64,000 nucleotides of DNA from Squalus acanthias (GCA_030390025.1 CM059433.1:16680001-16744000), one strand, 5' to 3'. Positions 1 to 12,324 are shown, counted from the first letter of the stretch. Notes: generated from the sequence alone by a model not told the origin. Program-made: numbers and translations.

Positions 1-888
1 CTGTTGTCTGCCTAGCAAGAACTCTGTTTTCTAATGACCAACTAATGATTGGCTATCCTGCTGAGAGGAGGGAGGAGTGGGGTCTCGTTTGGGTTGAGCT
101 AGCTCCAAGGTAACACACATGGTGATGGAAGTTCAGGACCAAATCAAGCCTCTGTGGCAGACCCAATAATCTGATACCTGAACCAGACAGACCTGCAAGT
201 ACTCCAGGACACAGCTAAGGATTGACCAGACAACTGGCTCACTAACGGAACCTGGAAGGTAGATCCGTCGCTGGGGGTTAGGCTTCTTCCCGCTTACTTC
301 TAGATAATCCTGCAAGCCAATGCCCCAATAGGTAGGGTGGTCCTAGCTGGACAGGAGATGAGAGGTTTAACAGTGTTCTGACTGGTAAGCTGTATAGTTT
401 CAGCTGGTTAAACTCCAGCAGTATGCCTGAGTACACAGCGGAGGATGGGGCAGGGGTGGGGGGGGGGGCGAGGAGTCTCTAAATCTTGATTTTTTTTCCA
501 ACCTGGACTGTGGTAAATGGGGCATGTTCCTCAAACAGACATTCTACAGGCGTGTGTAAATTTCTCAGCAGTGTAAATTTCTCAGTAGTTTTGCTTTGGA
601 GACTTTAAAACATGGTGGCGCATTCCCACTCATGGCAGACACAAGGGGGACCAAAAGTATGTTTTGCATCTGTATAGTGGAGTTTTATGGAGGGTCAGGA
701 GCAATAACTACTGGTATAGGTTGGTTCTGCAACAGTATTGCTGCACATCAGTGCAGGACTCTTTCGTAAACTTTAAGTTCAAAGTTTAGTATTGAATTGA
801 TCTGCTGAACTGCCTTTAAACTTTTCATGACAGAAAAGAGCAGACAATTGCAACATCTTTTTTACAACTTTAGAATTTTTGCTGGCAG

Positions 889-1188
889 AACAACAGCAGC
901 ATTTATATAACGCCTTTAACGTAATAAAACATCCCAAAGTGCTCCACAAGAGTGTTATCAGACAAAATTTGACACCGAGCCAGGTTTTAAGGAGCTGAAG
1001 GCATGGTCGGCGATGGTGGAGTGATGAAAATAGTTGGATGTGCAAGAGGCCAGAATTGGAGGAGCGTTGATATCTCGGGGGGGGGGGGGGGGGGGGTGGG
1101 GGGGGGGGGTTGGTTGTAGGGCTGGAGGAAATTACAGAGATAGGGAGGGGCGAGGCCATGGAGGGATTTGAACACAAGGATGAGAATC
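889..1188 (-). mobile_element. L2-type LINE 3' fragment with internal poly-G run
   Basis: Minus strand encodes FKSLHGLAPPYLCNFLQP and ends in the ataaat...gttgtt-type tail, shared with copies at 31672-32695 and 50838-51462. Confidence 0.8.
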
Positions 1189-2136
1189 CGGAGGCACGGA
1201 CCTTTGTTAATAGTGAATCTATCCCATCCATTACTGTCCCATACGCTTCCTGGAGGTTGGGGTCTGCCGCAATCTGCTCAATGAACCCACATTTTAAAAG
1301 ATGTCTCCAGTTGGATAGTTGAAGTGCTAATTTGTTGGAAATAATGTACAAAAGTATTACCACAACAGTAATCATTCTACCGACAGTACCGGCTCTTTAA
1401 GTCAATATAAATGACTCAGTACAGGATGTATTGTACCAATTCCCATCTGCAAAGAATATAATGACAAATTTCACCCTCTCACAGCAAACGGTTAAACAGA
1501 GAAGCAATGTAGACAGGTTATAGCTTGCAACACATTAAAAATGAATTTGAGCTGGTGTATGGAGTTACTTATTCCCAAAGGTTACTTCTGTAGAGAGTAT
1601 ATCGAGTCTCAGTGATGACTATTCACTGACATGTGTGGAATTGTACCTGAGAAGGAGGAGGTAGGAATGGCAGCTCAGGAGATAAGGAGTAACTAAAAAT
1701 TGAACAGCAAGAATTCTTTGAAAGAGGCACTTCTCAAATATTTCTGACATGAATCAGGTTTCCTCTTGGCAGCATCCAAGATAGTTCCAGAATGTCCATC
1801 TGGTGAGAGATTATTTATTGGAGGGATTAAAGTATTTGGTCTTCCAAAACAAAAGCACTGAAAAGTCTACAGCAGATGTTATCTACCACAAGCCTGGTTT
1901 GAGTAGCTATAATATTACTCACCTTCTCATGAGACAATGCTCTTTTAATCACTAGAACAGCTAAAACACAAGTCCTTCTTAAATTAAAGTTCTTGGTGAA
2001 CATTTGTGGTCATGGGAAATAGAACAGTTTCTGCTCAGTGTCATCGTGCACTCCTGGGTTTAGTATAGTATGTGCGTGCACATTAGTACTCCCTCTGCTC
2101 TGCCCCATCAATGCGCCTTAACCCAGCCTTAGAAAA

Positions 2137-2265
2137 ACGAAGGGTCCAAGACCTGAAACGTTAACTCTGTTTCTCTCTCCACGGATGCTGCCTGGCCTGC
2201 TGAGTGTTTCCAGCATTTTCTGCTGTTATTTCAGATTTCCAGATCTGCAGTATTTTGCAATTGTA
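2137..2265 (+). mobile_element. Penelope-like terminal repeat fragment with truncated hammerhead motif
   Basis: gacctgaaacgttaactctgtttctctctccacggatgctgcc...ccagcattttctg matches the Penelope 3' ends at 11161-12035 and 39065-39160. Confidence 0.75.
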
Positions 2266-2738
2266 TTAGAAAAACAAGTCTTCGATTGTACCAGTTTTGA
2301 AATTTCTATTTCCTATAATCCTATATCAGCAATGTTTGCTTTAGCCTGTCTGACTGAGTGCCCATTAGAATTACAGCTACAGAAGATTTATGCTGTGGGC
2401 CCACACTTGCTGGGGAATGGGTTGAGGCAGCTTAAAATTATTCCACATAAAATACCAGCATAAAAGCTAAAATATCTGCTGTCTTTTAACTCTACCTTTC
2501 ATAGTATTCATGTTAAAAAGAATGAAGAACTGATGTGGAGTAAAAAAGATACACCACAAAGATCAGATACAAAGTTGTAACTAGTGTACCAGGGAATATG
2601 AACTAATTCTCACCACAAGACCGGCAGGGATCTGGTGCATACTTACCCTCCCCACCATTAGGCTAAGTCACTTTTACATTAGTTGAGTGCCATCAACCAT
2701 AGGGTCATGTATTCCCAGTCACCAGCACTCTGAGATAT

Positions 2739-3582
2739 GGGGTGGATTTTGCCAATGGGGAGCTTTTGGAGGCGGGAATCCACTTGTCGGGTTTTAGCCC
2801 CGCCTCCATCGACTTCTGGCCAACCCACGCTATTTTCCCTCGATTGACCTTGTTAAGCCCACCCAGCGGGCTTAGCAGGCCAATTAAGGGGAAGCCGGTT
2901 ACAGAGAACGTCAGCGTCTGAAGTTTCATCTGTCAAAACTTTTTGACAGATGAATTGTCATCGTTTGACAGCTCTGTGAAGCTGTCAAACACTGACATTC
3001 TCTGTTGTTTGATGAGTTCTTGTATTCAAGACTCAGCAAACCTTTTTTGTGAGCAGAAATCAGATAGCTGTTGTATCGGAGACTGCAGCAGCCATCTGTT
3101 ATCTCTGCCGGTGAGATGCGAGAGTCTCCGCATCCCCAACTGTTGAAGCCTGCAGGAAGAAACAAAGGTAAGTAAACATTTTCTATCACTTTCAACTCAC
3201 CTCACATACTTACCTCTCCACACTTGCACCCATCACTCACCTCCACAGCGCACTTTTGGACCCCTCCGACCCCCACAGACCCACTGCTCGCCTCGGTGAC
3301 CCTGGCGGGGTTTCCCGACGTTGGGAAGCCCGCACCTCTGCTGGAAAAATGGGGATAATCCTCTTAACTGCCTGTTAACTACCTGTTAACCGGCAGTTAA
3401 GTGGCTGTAATCCCCTTCCTGCCTCTAGGAGACGGGACCCGGTGCGGGTCGGCTACCCGCCTCCTGGGAAGATGGCACGGAGGTGGGTTGGGGACGGGAT
3501 GGGCACCCGCCCCCAGATTCTGCCATTTTCCCAGCAGTCCCGCCTCCAAACCCGCCTCCCCAGGGCTGGCAAAATCCAGCCC
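2739..3582. mobile_element. MITE (PIF/Harbinger-type non-autonomous DNA transposon)
   Basis: TIRs ggggtggattttgcca / tggcaaaatccagccc; AT on both flanks; internal TGACAG palindromes; end resembles the Harbinger right end at 36230-36250. Confidence 0.85.
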
Positions 3583-4004
3583 ATAAAGTTGGGGAACTTT
3601 GGTGATCTGACTGCATCAGAGACCCACATGTTCATAGTTGTCACCAGTCTCCACTTAACTGAAGAACTGCAGATTCCGATTCCCTCCCTTTTAGTGATAA
3701 GAATCACAGGTCTCTGCCATCCAGGGCTTGACTGGAGCAGCAGCACCAGAGAAAATGAATGAAGGGAAGGCCACAACGATGTCACACGGCTCAGCACTAT
3801 CCCGGGACCCATCTGGACTGGATACATTATATTACGTAGTCTACCAGGAGACATGGACTCATGTTAACTACAGGACAACTACGGAAGACATGCATAGTTT
3901 CCAACACTTACATATGAAATCAAAAGGATAACCCCCATTTATTACAATGATTCCAGCCATAACTCTAGCCCATCAGCCACCATGATGTGTACATACCAAA
4001 CATA

Positions 4005-4410
4005 GGGGTAAAAATTGAGTCGCGCCCCATTTGGGGCGCTAACCTCGCCGGGGCGCGACTTTTAGCGCCCCGAAAAAATTAGCGGCCCCGCGCCGGAACT
4101 TCAGTGGTTGCGCCCCAAGAGGGAAGCGGGGCGCAACTGGAAGCAGCCCGCATCCCTCTTGGGGCGCTGCGAGTGAATATCCTGGCGCTACGTGCCGCAG
4201 CGCCACGCGCTGCGGCACGTCGCGCCGCGGTATTGCAGGCCTTCCTCCCCTTCTTAAAGGGGAGGGACCCTGCGCAGCGCGAACCGGGGCCCAGCTGGGC
4301 CCCCAGGGATCGGGAGTGCCAGCAAAAGAGCCCGGCACTCAAGAGAAGTGCCGGGCTCTTGGAGCGCAGCCGGCACTTCACGGTGGGGGGGCTTCACGGG
4401 GGCCGGGGAC
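4005..4410. mobile_element. Left part of a GC-rich MITE, same family as 14031-14924
   Basis: Starts ggggtaaaaattgagtcgcgccccatttggggcgc, nearly identical to the start at 14031; right end missing. Confidence 0.75.
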
Positions 4411-4419
4411 AGGTGCTGT

Positions 4420-4800
4420 GAGATTGGACTGTGCTTTGAGAAAAGACTGAAAACACTTGGGGTATTCGGACTTGAAAAGAGGCAATTGAGAGGTGACTTC
4501 ATCAAGGTATAAAACATAAATTAGTTTGAAAAGGTAAATCCGAGCAGATTATTTCGAATTAAGAAGGACAAGAGGGCTAATGAAAGGTAAAGTTAACCGA
4601 TGTCAGGAAATTATTCTTCACATAAAGAGTGACCCACACATGGAATGGGCCTCCTGGTAGGGTAGTGAAGGCAAAAACTCGAAAAATCATTTAAGACACA
4701 GTTGGATGCTGTGCTGAGAAGATTGTGGGTCTTTCTGGATGGATGAGTGGGACACGCTGAGTGGCTTTCCTCATCCGTAACTATCTATTGGTTTATGTGA
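4420..4800 (+). mobile_element. Old CR1 LINE 3' end
   Basis: Decayed 'RLKTLGVFGLEKRQLRGD' coding remnant and ttcttcac...agagtg motif typical of the CR1 ORF2 C-terminus. Confidence 0.7.
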
Positions 4801-5835
4801 CCAGCAATGGCACTCTCTAACATAATGGCAGACTGTGTCTGCTACAAAGTTTAAGAGCGCTATTTCTGAAGTGTTTACACAGTGTAGTAGCCTTCAGAAA
4901 AGAAAGCCTCTGTCTGAACATTGCACTTCAAAAACGGCTGGTTGAAAAGGCTGGGACAAAACTCACTGTTGGCCGTGTCAACAGAGTGGAGCAGGCAGTC
5001 TGTTTACACTGGCAAACATTACCACACACTGTTGTATCAGACAGAGAGAAGTGGGTAATTTGTACTCCTGGAAACATCACTGCCTGCAGCTCTGCTGTAT
5101 AGCTTGAAGTGGGCTGCTTGGTTGCACTGACAGAGCGGAGGAGTCTTCATACTCAGCCAAACATTGCCACCTCTCATGAAGTTTACTAATTATTTATGGT
5201 TAATTTAAAATGCCGGTAAAATGCCACTTTAAGTGTTTTAATTATTAAACACAATTATGTAAATTTATAAAAAATCATCTCATGCTGTATATTAATGTTT
5301 TATAAGTAAATACCTTGTTGTTAGTGGTTGTCATGCATGTTTTGTTTTGTTGTATGTATGCCTATTACTTTAAGGATTATTATCACTAAATCCGAAGTGG
5401 TTTGTGACGTAAATTGAAATAAAGCTGCCAAAACTTGTTTAATGTATATTATAGCTGCTATTTTTCTTTTGAGTTTATCTACATTATTACTCTTGATATC
5501 AGGTTAAAATGCATTTGTATTTAGTTTAAAATGCATTTGTATTTAGTTCTGTGTGAGTCACTGGGACCTGAACACAATCTTTTTCTGACGGTTCTAGGAA
5601 ATTCCACTTGCCAACTTTATTAAAGATCTGTCATGTTCCAGTTGTGGGGAGCTCTGAAGTATCTCATCTGTTTTGACCCTAATGTTACAATCTTTCTTCA
5701 TAGCATCCTTCCTTCTGTCTCTACTTCCAGGTCACTTCTGATTCCTTACACCTTGGTGAGGCCTGCTCATTCTTAAGTCAAAGCAAGATACTCTAATGTT
5801 GTAGAGTTCAGTGCTGAGGCAGCATTTAGGAGATT

Positions 5836-5912
5836 GGGGCTATTTTCACTCTGGGCAATAATCTCCTGATTTTAATTTCTGTTGACTATTGCCCAAAGTC
5901 AAACCTACCCCC
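5836..5912. mobile_element. 77-bp hairpin mini-MITE
   Basis: Arms ggggctattttcactctgggcaata / tattgcccaaagtcaaacctacccc; ATT on both flanks. Confidence 0.6.
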
Positions 5913-5969
5913 ATTGTGTGCAATTTTGGGCGCCCTACCTCCAAAAGGCCATTGTTGTCCACCATAAAC

Positions 5970-7190
5970 CTCAAGTCTGGATCCCTTGGACTTAAGGGAG
6001 CGGAGATGGGATCTGTACCCGGGGGAATGACAAGGGAGAAAGAGAGTAAAGGTTTTACTGGGGACAAGGGCATCAAAGGCGGAGGTGAGGGATGATTGAG
6101 CAGAATATCATGGCAAATGGAAAGCCAAAGGCTAGATAGTTGGAATTTGAAAGTTCCATTGTAAATGACTTTGGGGAAAGTTTTTTCCAGGGGCGGACAC
6201 AGAAGGAGTGTTGGGAGGGGGAAGGGGGATGTGGGTGGAGAGTGATACAAGGAAGTGATCAGAGATGGTCTTGACTGTGATTGAGACAATGGGAGTAGAG
6301 AGGCCACATGAGGTGGCAAGATCGAGCCGTGAATATAGGTAGGCGAATTTATAGGTAGGGAGAGTTTAAGGGAGGATAGGAGGACAATGAACTCAGTGGA
6401 GATAGGGCAAGGTGAGTTGAGATGGAGGTTGAAATCACCGAGGAGGAGAAGTTGCTCAGTGCAAAGATTGAGGGAGGAAAGCAGTGAAGATATCTCGGTG
6501 AATAACTTGGCATGGTACTTGGGTGAGCAGTAGAGAATGAGGATTTTAAATGAGAGGTGAGAGGCGTGGAACAAGGTGAGATGCTGAAGTGAGGAGAAAG
6601 TGCCAGAGGAGTAGGGGGACAGACCAAGGTGAGATTTGGTGATAAGAGCCACACTGCCACTGTGGCGGTCTGGGGGGGTGGTGGGAGCGGTGGAAGGTAT
6701 AGACAAATGGGAAGGCTTCCGTAAGAGGTAAGGTGTAATTACCCGTAGGCCAAGTTTCCGTCAAGATCATGATGTCGATGCAATCGCCCACAATAAGGTC
6801 ATGGATGGCAAGGGCCTTATTCACAGTGAATGAACATTCCGGAGGGAGATGTAGAGAGGTGCAGTGATAGCTGATCTGCTGGCAGAGTCCACAGGGCCAG
6901 TGGGGGCGGGTGAGTGAGACGGGAAGGAGTTTGGCAAGATTAGCCCCCAGCGGGTGCGCTGAGAGGGAATGTTGGTGAGAGAGTAGGGTGGGGCAATTGG
7001 GATTGCTGCTCCTAAGGAGGCAGCGATGATTGCCTCGATGGGCCATTCGAAGGATGCAGAGTTACGCACAGGGGGAAGCTGTGGGATTATCCAAGAGGGA
7101 GTCAAGCCTGGGACGGCAGCAGGAGAGTAGGAAGGTCGAGGAATAGTGAAGGGTTGGTGAGGGGATTTGGGAGGGCATAGCACTAGAGAT
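5970..7190 (-). mobile_element. L2 LINE 5' part of ORF2 (AP endonuclease), frameshifted
   Basis: ORFs 6546-7046 and 5846-6706 contain IMILTETW and LLLGDFNLHLN endonuclease motifs. Confidence 0.85.
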
Positions 7191-7840
7191 GAGAGTAATG
7201 AAAGGAAGTATGACGACAGGAAAGAAGAGCCTAAGTGGGTTAAAGAGAAGAAAAAATGGGGAAGTAGAATGGAGAAGACAATTGTATTTGTGCTCCGGGA
7301 GAGGAGGTGCTATCTATGGAAGGCAGTCAGACACTAAGAATGAATAGTAAAGATGGGGATGGATAAATTGTCAGGAGATTTATTTGCTTACTATTGAGAA
7401 TCAGGGAAAATTTATGCAGAGCTTTCTTGCAGGAGATTAAATGGGTGAGAGAGAGCGTTCTGTGGAAGAAATGGACGATGCATTTAACTTTGTTTTCTCA
7501 TTCCATGTTTTCCTATTATGCATTTAAAACCTGCGTAAAGCAATCAAGAACCAGAGAATGGAGATTGCTGTCCCGTTCCCACTAATGTTTAGTTTTTTAG
7601 AGGCCATGTCGAATGCATCAAATTGGTCGTTTCATGAACTTAGAAAACTTAGCTGATGTTCAAAAAGGCCCAAGATTAGCAAGAAAATTCGGAAAAAGAG
7701 ATGCCTTGGTTTCTCTAATCCACATCGCCATTCATCAACCTTTCTTTGTAGGCCAATGTTGCAGTCTACTGATCTAGCTCCCCTGTGTCCTTCCCGAGTT
7801 GCAAAATATAGGGAGCTAACTCGGCAAATACAAAATGATG

Positions 7841-8415
7841 CAGACTTGAGCATATCTGGCACTCAACTGGTTTAGCCAGCCATCGGCAGTTCTGGCGGAA
7901 CCAAATCAAGCACTATCGGGTCCTGGAAAGCAAAGGTAACTCCCAGCTTCTTTTCTCCACCACCAATTGTATCCTTAAATGCCTCTCCCCTCTCACCTCC
8001 AATAACAAGCGCAAGGAGCTCATCAACTTCTTTGTCACTAAGATTGAGACTATTCGTTCAGCTGCATCTGCTGCGTCCCCTTTTTCCCATTGCCCACCGA
8101 GCCAAAGCTTCGTTCCCAAGGTTTACCCGTGACCCTATATCTGAACCCGTGTATTTCTCTAGTTTCTCTCCTATCTCCCCTCTCTGAGCTCATCTTGTCC
8201 AGGAAACCCACCTCCTACTCTCTCCACCCCATTCCCACTAAACTGCTGAACCAACTTACCTTCCTGGCCCTCATGCTAGCTGACATTGTAAATCGTTCCC
8301 TCTCCTCAGGTATTATCCCCCTCCCTTTAAAACGTGCTGTCATCAGACGCTCTCAAAAAACCCACCCTTGATCCCTCTGTTTTCGCAAACATCCGTCCCA
8401 TCTCAAACTTCTGTT
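7841..8415 (+). mobile_element. L2 LINE ORF2 middle fragment (endonuclease-RT linker)
   Basis: Encodes ELINFFVTKIETIRS and DIVNRSLSSGIIPLPLKRAVI; continues the minus-strand piece at 5970. Confidence 0.8.
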
Positions 8416-8419
8416 TCCT

Positions 8420-8658
8420 CTCCACTTCGGAACCGAAGTTTGGGTCCGGGGCGCTACCGGGGCGATGCGCACGGTGATGCCGTCACGATCTCCGGGCGAA
8501 GGAGATTGGGGCGCAACGCCATACCGCCACCGCAAACCTCCCGCCAAATATAGCGGGAGTCGATCTTCTCGCCGCGCCCGGTCGGGAAGCGATTAGCGCC
8601 CCGTTACCGCCCCCCAGAGGCGATAACAGGAGGCACTAAGGTGCCCAATTTCTAGCCC
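8420..8658. mobile_element. Right end of a GC-rich MITE (family of 14031-14924)
   Basis: Ends ...aggtgcccaatttctagccc and parallels 14700-14924. Confidence 0.65.
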
Positions 8659-8739
8659 ACAAGCTTTGCCTGCAGTATTCAAGCATCCTAAAAGCTGAGC
8701 TTATTAATACCTCTACTTCAAAGGCAGGCAGCTAAGACC

Positions 8740-9260
8740 TTGGCTCAATGGTAGCGCTCTCTCCTCAGAATCACAAAGGTTGTGAGTTCAAGACCCACTA
8801 CAGGACGTAATCTAGGCTGACACTTCACTACAGTACAGAGTGAGAGGTGCTGCCTTCTGGATGAGATGTTAAACTGTTCAGCAGATATAAAAGATTCTGC
8901 GGAATTAAAAAAAAGAAAGATAGACTTGCATTTATATAGCGCCTTTCACAACCTCAGAATGTCCCAAAGCACTTTACAGCTAATGAATTACTTTTGAAGT
9001 GTAGTCACTGTTGTAATGTAGGAATGTTTGAAGAAGAACAGGGAATTCTCCCAGTGTGCTAGCCAACATTGATCCTCAAACCAACACTACCAAAACAGAT
9101 GAACTAGTCAATTATTTCATTGTTGTTTATGGGATTTGGCTGCCATGTGTGCCTACATAACAACAGTGATTACACTTCAAAAAAGCAATCCATTGGCTGT
9201 AAAGCACTTAGGGACATCCTGAGGATATTAAAGATTCTATATAAATGGGAGTTCTTTCTT
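8740..9260 (+). mobile_element. tRNA-derived Deu-domain SINE (SacSINE1-like), with a reversed SINE tail inserted at ~8910-9025
   Basis: A/B-box head tggctcaatggtag...gagttcaagac; conserved core gatgagatgttaaac...gaagaagaacaggg; tail cattggctgtaaagcact. Confidence 0.75.
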
Positions 9261-9349
9261 TTACTTTCTTTCTGACTTGATTTCCGATCTGAACTTGTCT
9301 CTCTTGCAAGAAGTATGAAATCATCAAAAGTCATTATAAAATGTTCTAA

Positions 9350-9900
9350 AACCACAGATATTTTACAGCACAGAAGAAGTCCATTTGGCCCATCGTGTCT
9401 GTGCTGGCTCTTTGTTAGACCAATCCAAAACTAACTCTACTGCCCCGCGCTCTCCCGATAGTGCTGTATCATCTTCTGCTTCAAATATTTATCCAGGTCA
9501 CTAACTTAGCCATTCTCTGTGGCAAATCATTCCATGCTCCAACCCTCTACATCAAGATATTTCAGCTAATCTCTCCCCTCACTCTCTCAGTGACAATTTT
9601 AAATGGTCGGCACTGAGTCCCCAGCCAAAGGAACTATTTACCCTATAAAAAAACTTTCATAATTTTAAACATCTCGATTAAATCCCCTTTTACCCTTCGC
9701 TGCACCAGTGGAAATAGTTCCAGACTTTTTCCTCATAATTATAGTTTTCCATCCCCGTCATCATCCTGTTGAATCTATGCTGTATATTTCACATGCCTTT
9801 AAGGTCCTTTATATAATGGGTTCCCAAAACTGCAAACAGTACCATAACTATAGCCTTACTATTGCACTCTATACCCCCATTTATAACACCCAGATTCCTA
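9350..9900 (-). mobile_element. Old CR1 LINE 3' fragment
   Basis: Reverse of the CR1 tail (ccatttggcccatcgtgtctgtgctggctctt) plus decayed ORF2 end. Confidence 0.6.
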
Positions 9901-11162
9901 TTGTTTTGGATGCTTTGTGCATTTGCATCCATACCACCCAATCCTAACTACATTTTTTTGGAATAGTGACCCTTATTCTTACAGGTTCATTGGTGACTGT
10001 ATCAGTGCCGCTTCCTGTTCTCTCCCTGAACTGGGAAATTTAATCAATTTTGCTTCAAATTTCCACCCCTCTCCCGCCTTCACATGGTCCATCTCCGACT
10101 CTTCCCTTCTCTTCCTTGACTTCCCTATCTCCATTTCTGGGGATAAGCTGTCAACCACTATCTACTATAAGCCCACTGACTCCCACAGCTACCTTGATTA
10201 CATTTCCTCCCACCCTGCTTCCTGGACTGCATTTCATTCTCTGTCTCCGTCGCATTTTTTTTGCTGATGCCACCTTCCATACCAGTGCTTCCGATATGTC
10301 TTCCTTTTTTCTCAACCGAGGAGTCCACTCCACCATGGTTGACATGGCCCTCAACCGTGTCAGTCCCATTTCCTGCACTTCTGCCTTCACCCCTTCCCCT
10401 CCCTCCCAGAACCACGATAGGGTTCCCCTTGTCCTCACCTTCCACCCCACCAGCCTCCACATTCAACAGATCATTTTCCGACAGTTTTGCCGCCTCCAGC
10501 ATGATGCCACCACCAAACACATCTTCCCCTCCCGTCCCCTTTCAGCATTCCGAAGGGACCGTTCCCTCCGGGACATCCTGGTCCACTCTTCAATCACCCC
10601 CAACACCTGCTCCCCTTCCCATTGCAGCTTCCCATGCAAGCGCAGGAGATGCAACACATGCCCTTTCACCTCCTCCCTTCCCACCGTCCAGGGTCCCAAA
10701 CACTCCTTCCAGGTGAAACAGCGATTTACTTGTTGTACTTGCAATTTAGTATACTGTATTCGCTGCACACAATGCGGTCTCCTCTACATTGGGAGACCAA
10801 ACGCAGATTGGGTGATTGCTTTGCCGAACACCTCTATTCAGTCCGCAAGTGTAACCCCGAGCTTCCGGTCGCTTGCCATTTTAATTTTCAGTTTCAGATC
10901 ATAACCACTGCTCTGATTTATTCGGACAGCAGGTGCTGGTAATGATTCTACTGTTGCCATTTACAGCTCCTCTAGACCTATCTTTTGTTTCTTTACTTGT
11001 CCCGTTACCACCCCCCCTTTGCCTCGCACCATCATCCCATTTGTCATTTAATCTCTGCTGCCTTCCACCCTATCTCAGACCTTCCCTTTTGTTCTTTCCT
11101 CCCCTCCCCACTTTCCCTGCCTCTGCACTTGCTTAAAATCTGTTACATCTTTAACTTTTTCC

Positions 11163-11195
11163 AGTTTTGATGAAAGGTCACTGACCTGAAACGTT
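11163..11195 (+). ncRNA. Degenerate minimal hammerhead ribozyme motif (C3 mutated, split by MITE)
   Basis: agtt-TTGATGA-a-aggtc-act-gacct-GAAA-cgtt, then the MITE; compare the intact copy at 39124-39160. Confidence 0.6.
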
Positions 11196-11962
11196 GGGCC
11201 AAAACTTCGGCCCTTCCCGGGTGAGTATGCACTGTGTACTCACCCACAAGGCCTCCTGAAGTGCCGGTTTCCTGCATGCACTGCGCATGCGCGGGAAACC
11301 GGAACTTCCGGTCTGGTGACGGGAGCGGTTCAGAGGTGAACCGCGTGCACGGGAGAGGCTGCGCGCACGCAGCAAACTTAGGTTTTTTTTCAGGTTTCTC
11401 TGGGAGGGTAAGTATTGAAGAAGCTGCGCTTTTAAAAAGGAGGCGCAGGACCTGTTTTCAACAAGGTAAGTGGTTAATTAATTATAATCAAAAAAAAAAT
11501 TTCAACAGGTTTATCTTTTTTAGATACTTTAAAGAAAGGTAAGTTTATTTTTAGCACTGTTAAAAAGTATTTTAATTTTTTCAAAAATTTAAATTTTTGT
11601 TTAAAGTAGTTAATTTATTTAACTTATAGTTATTTTATAAATGTGATGTTTTTTTAAAAAATTTATTTGAAGTTTAGCTGTTCTTTTGGGGCCGATTTCA
11701 ATTCATAGATTTGACAGGTCTTCCTGTCAAATCTATGAATGAAAGATGGTCTGCTGCCATTGGCGCTCCATGGCCCACGTGATCCCAGGGGACGCATCGC
11801 ACTAACTGTGCCCCTGGGACACGCACGCACTGCGCGCCGGCACTTGGAGCAGGCCCAGGAGCTGAAGTTCCCGTGGGCCCAGAGGTCAACGGCAGGCACG
11901 GTAGGTAAGTGCGCGCGCGATCGTTACCCCCGCGGCAAGCCGGAGAGGCGAATTTCAGGGCC
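11196..11962. mobile_element. MITE with AT-rich core and several internal palindromes
   Basis: TIRs gggccaaaacttcg / cgaatttcagggcc; 3-bp TSD GTT, supported by the uninterrupted site at 2150-2170; homologous in reverse to 61622-62384. Confidence 0.9.
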
Positions 11963-12324
11963 GTTAATTCTCTCTCTCTCTCTCTTCACAGATGCTGCCT
12001 GACTTGCTGAATATTTCCAGCATTTTCTGTTTCTGGCCCTTATTCTTTTTTCTGTTTTTTCATTTAACTTGTGTTTTCAAACTCTTGCTACCTCAAAACT
12101 TATTTCACCCCCCTTTCTCCTCTGGTAATATCAGCAAGGCTTTTTCTTCTATTGTAACAATTTTATTAACCCTGCTCTACCTCCCTCATCTGTTGTTGAA
12201 ATAGTCATCTAATGGATGCAATGTATTCAACTACATCAATCCATCATTTGCTCCAATGATTCGATTTTTAAAGGTCAGTCAAAAGAAGGAATTTTCCATT
12301 ATTTTTAGTGTTATCTGCACATTG

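Larger units (their letters stand above)
9985..12035 (+). mobile_element. Penelope-like retroelement 3' portion (RT C-terminus + GIY-YIG endonuclease + terminal repeat), interrupted by a MITE
   Basis: ORFs give FLD..ISI...YYKPTDSHSYLDY (RT) and C..RRCNTC...CNLVYCIRCTQCGLLYIG/ETKRRLGDCFAEHL (GIY-YIG); frameshifted. Confidence 0.9.

Noticed and set aside
779..1375. Proline-rich 198-aa ORF (also 25660-25980 and 51616-51831)
   Set aside because: The poly-Pro comes from G/C homopolymer runs, and the rest is repeat or low-information sequence.
554..5548. Short tandem duplications (17 bp at 554-587; 22 bp at ~5503-5548)
   Set aside because: Ordinary two-copy slippage duplications with no further structure.
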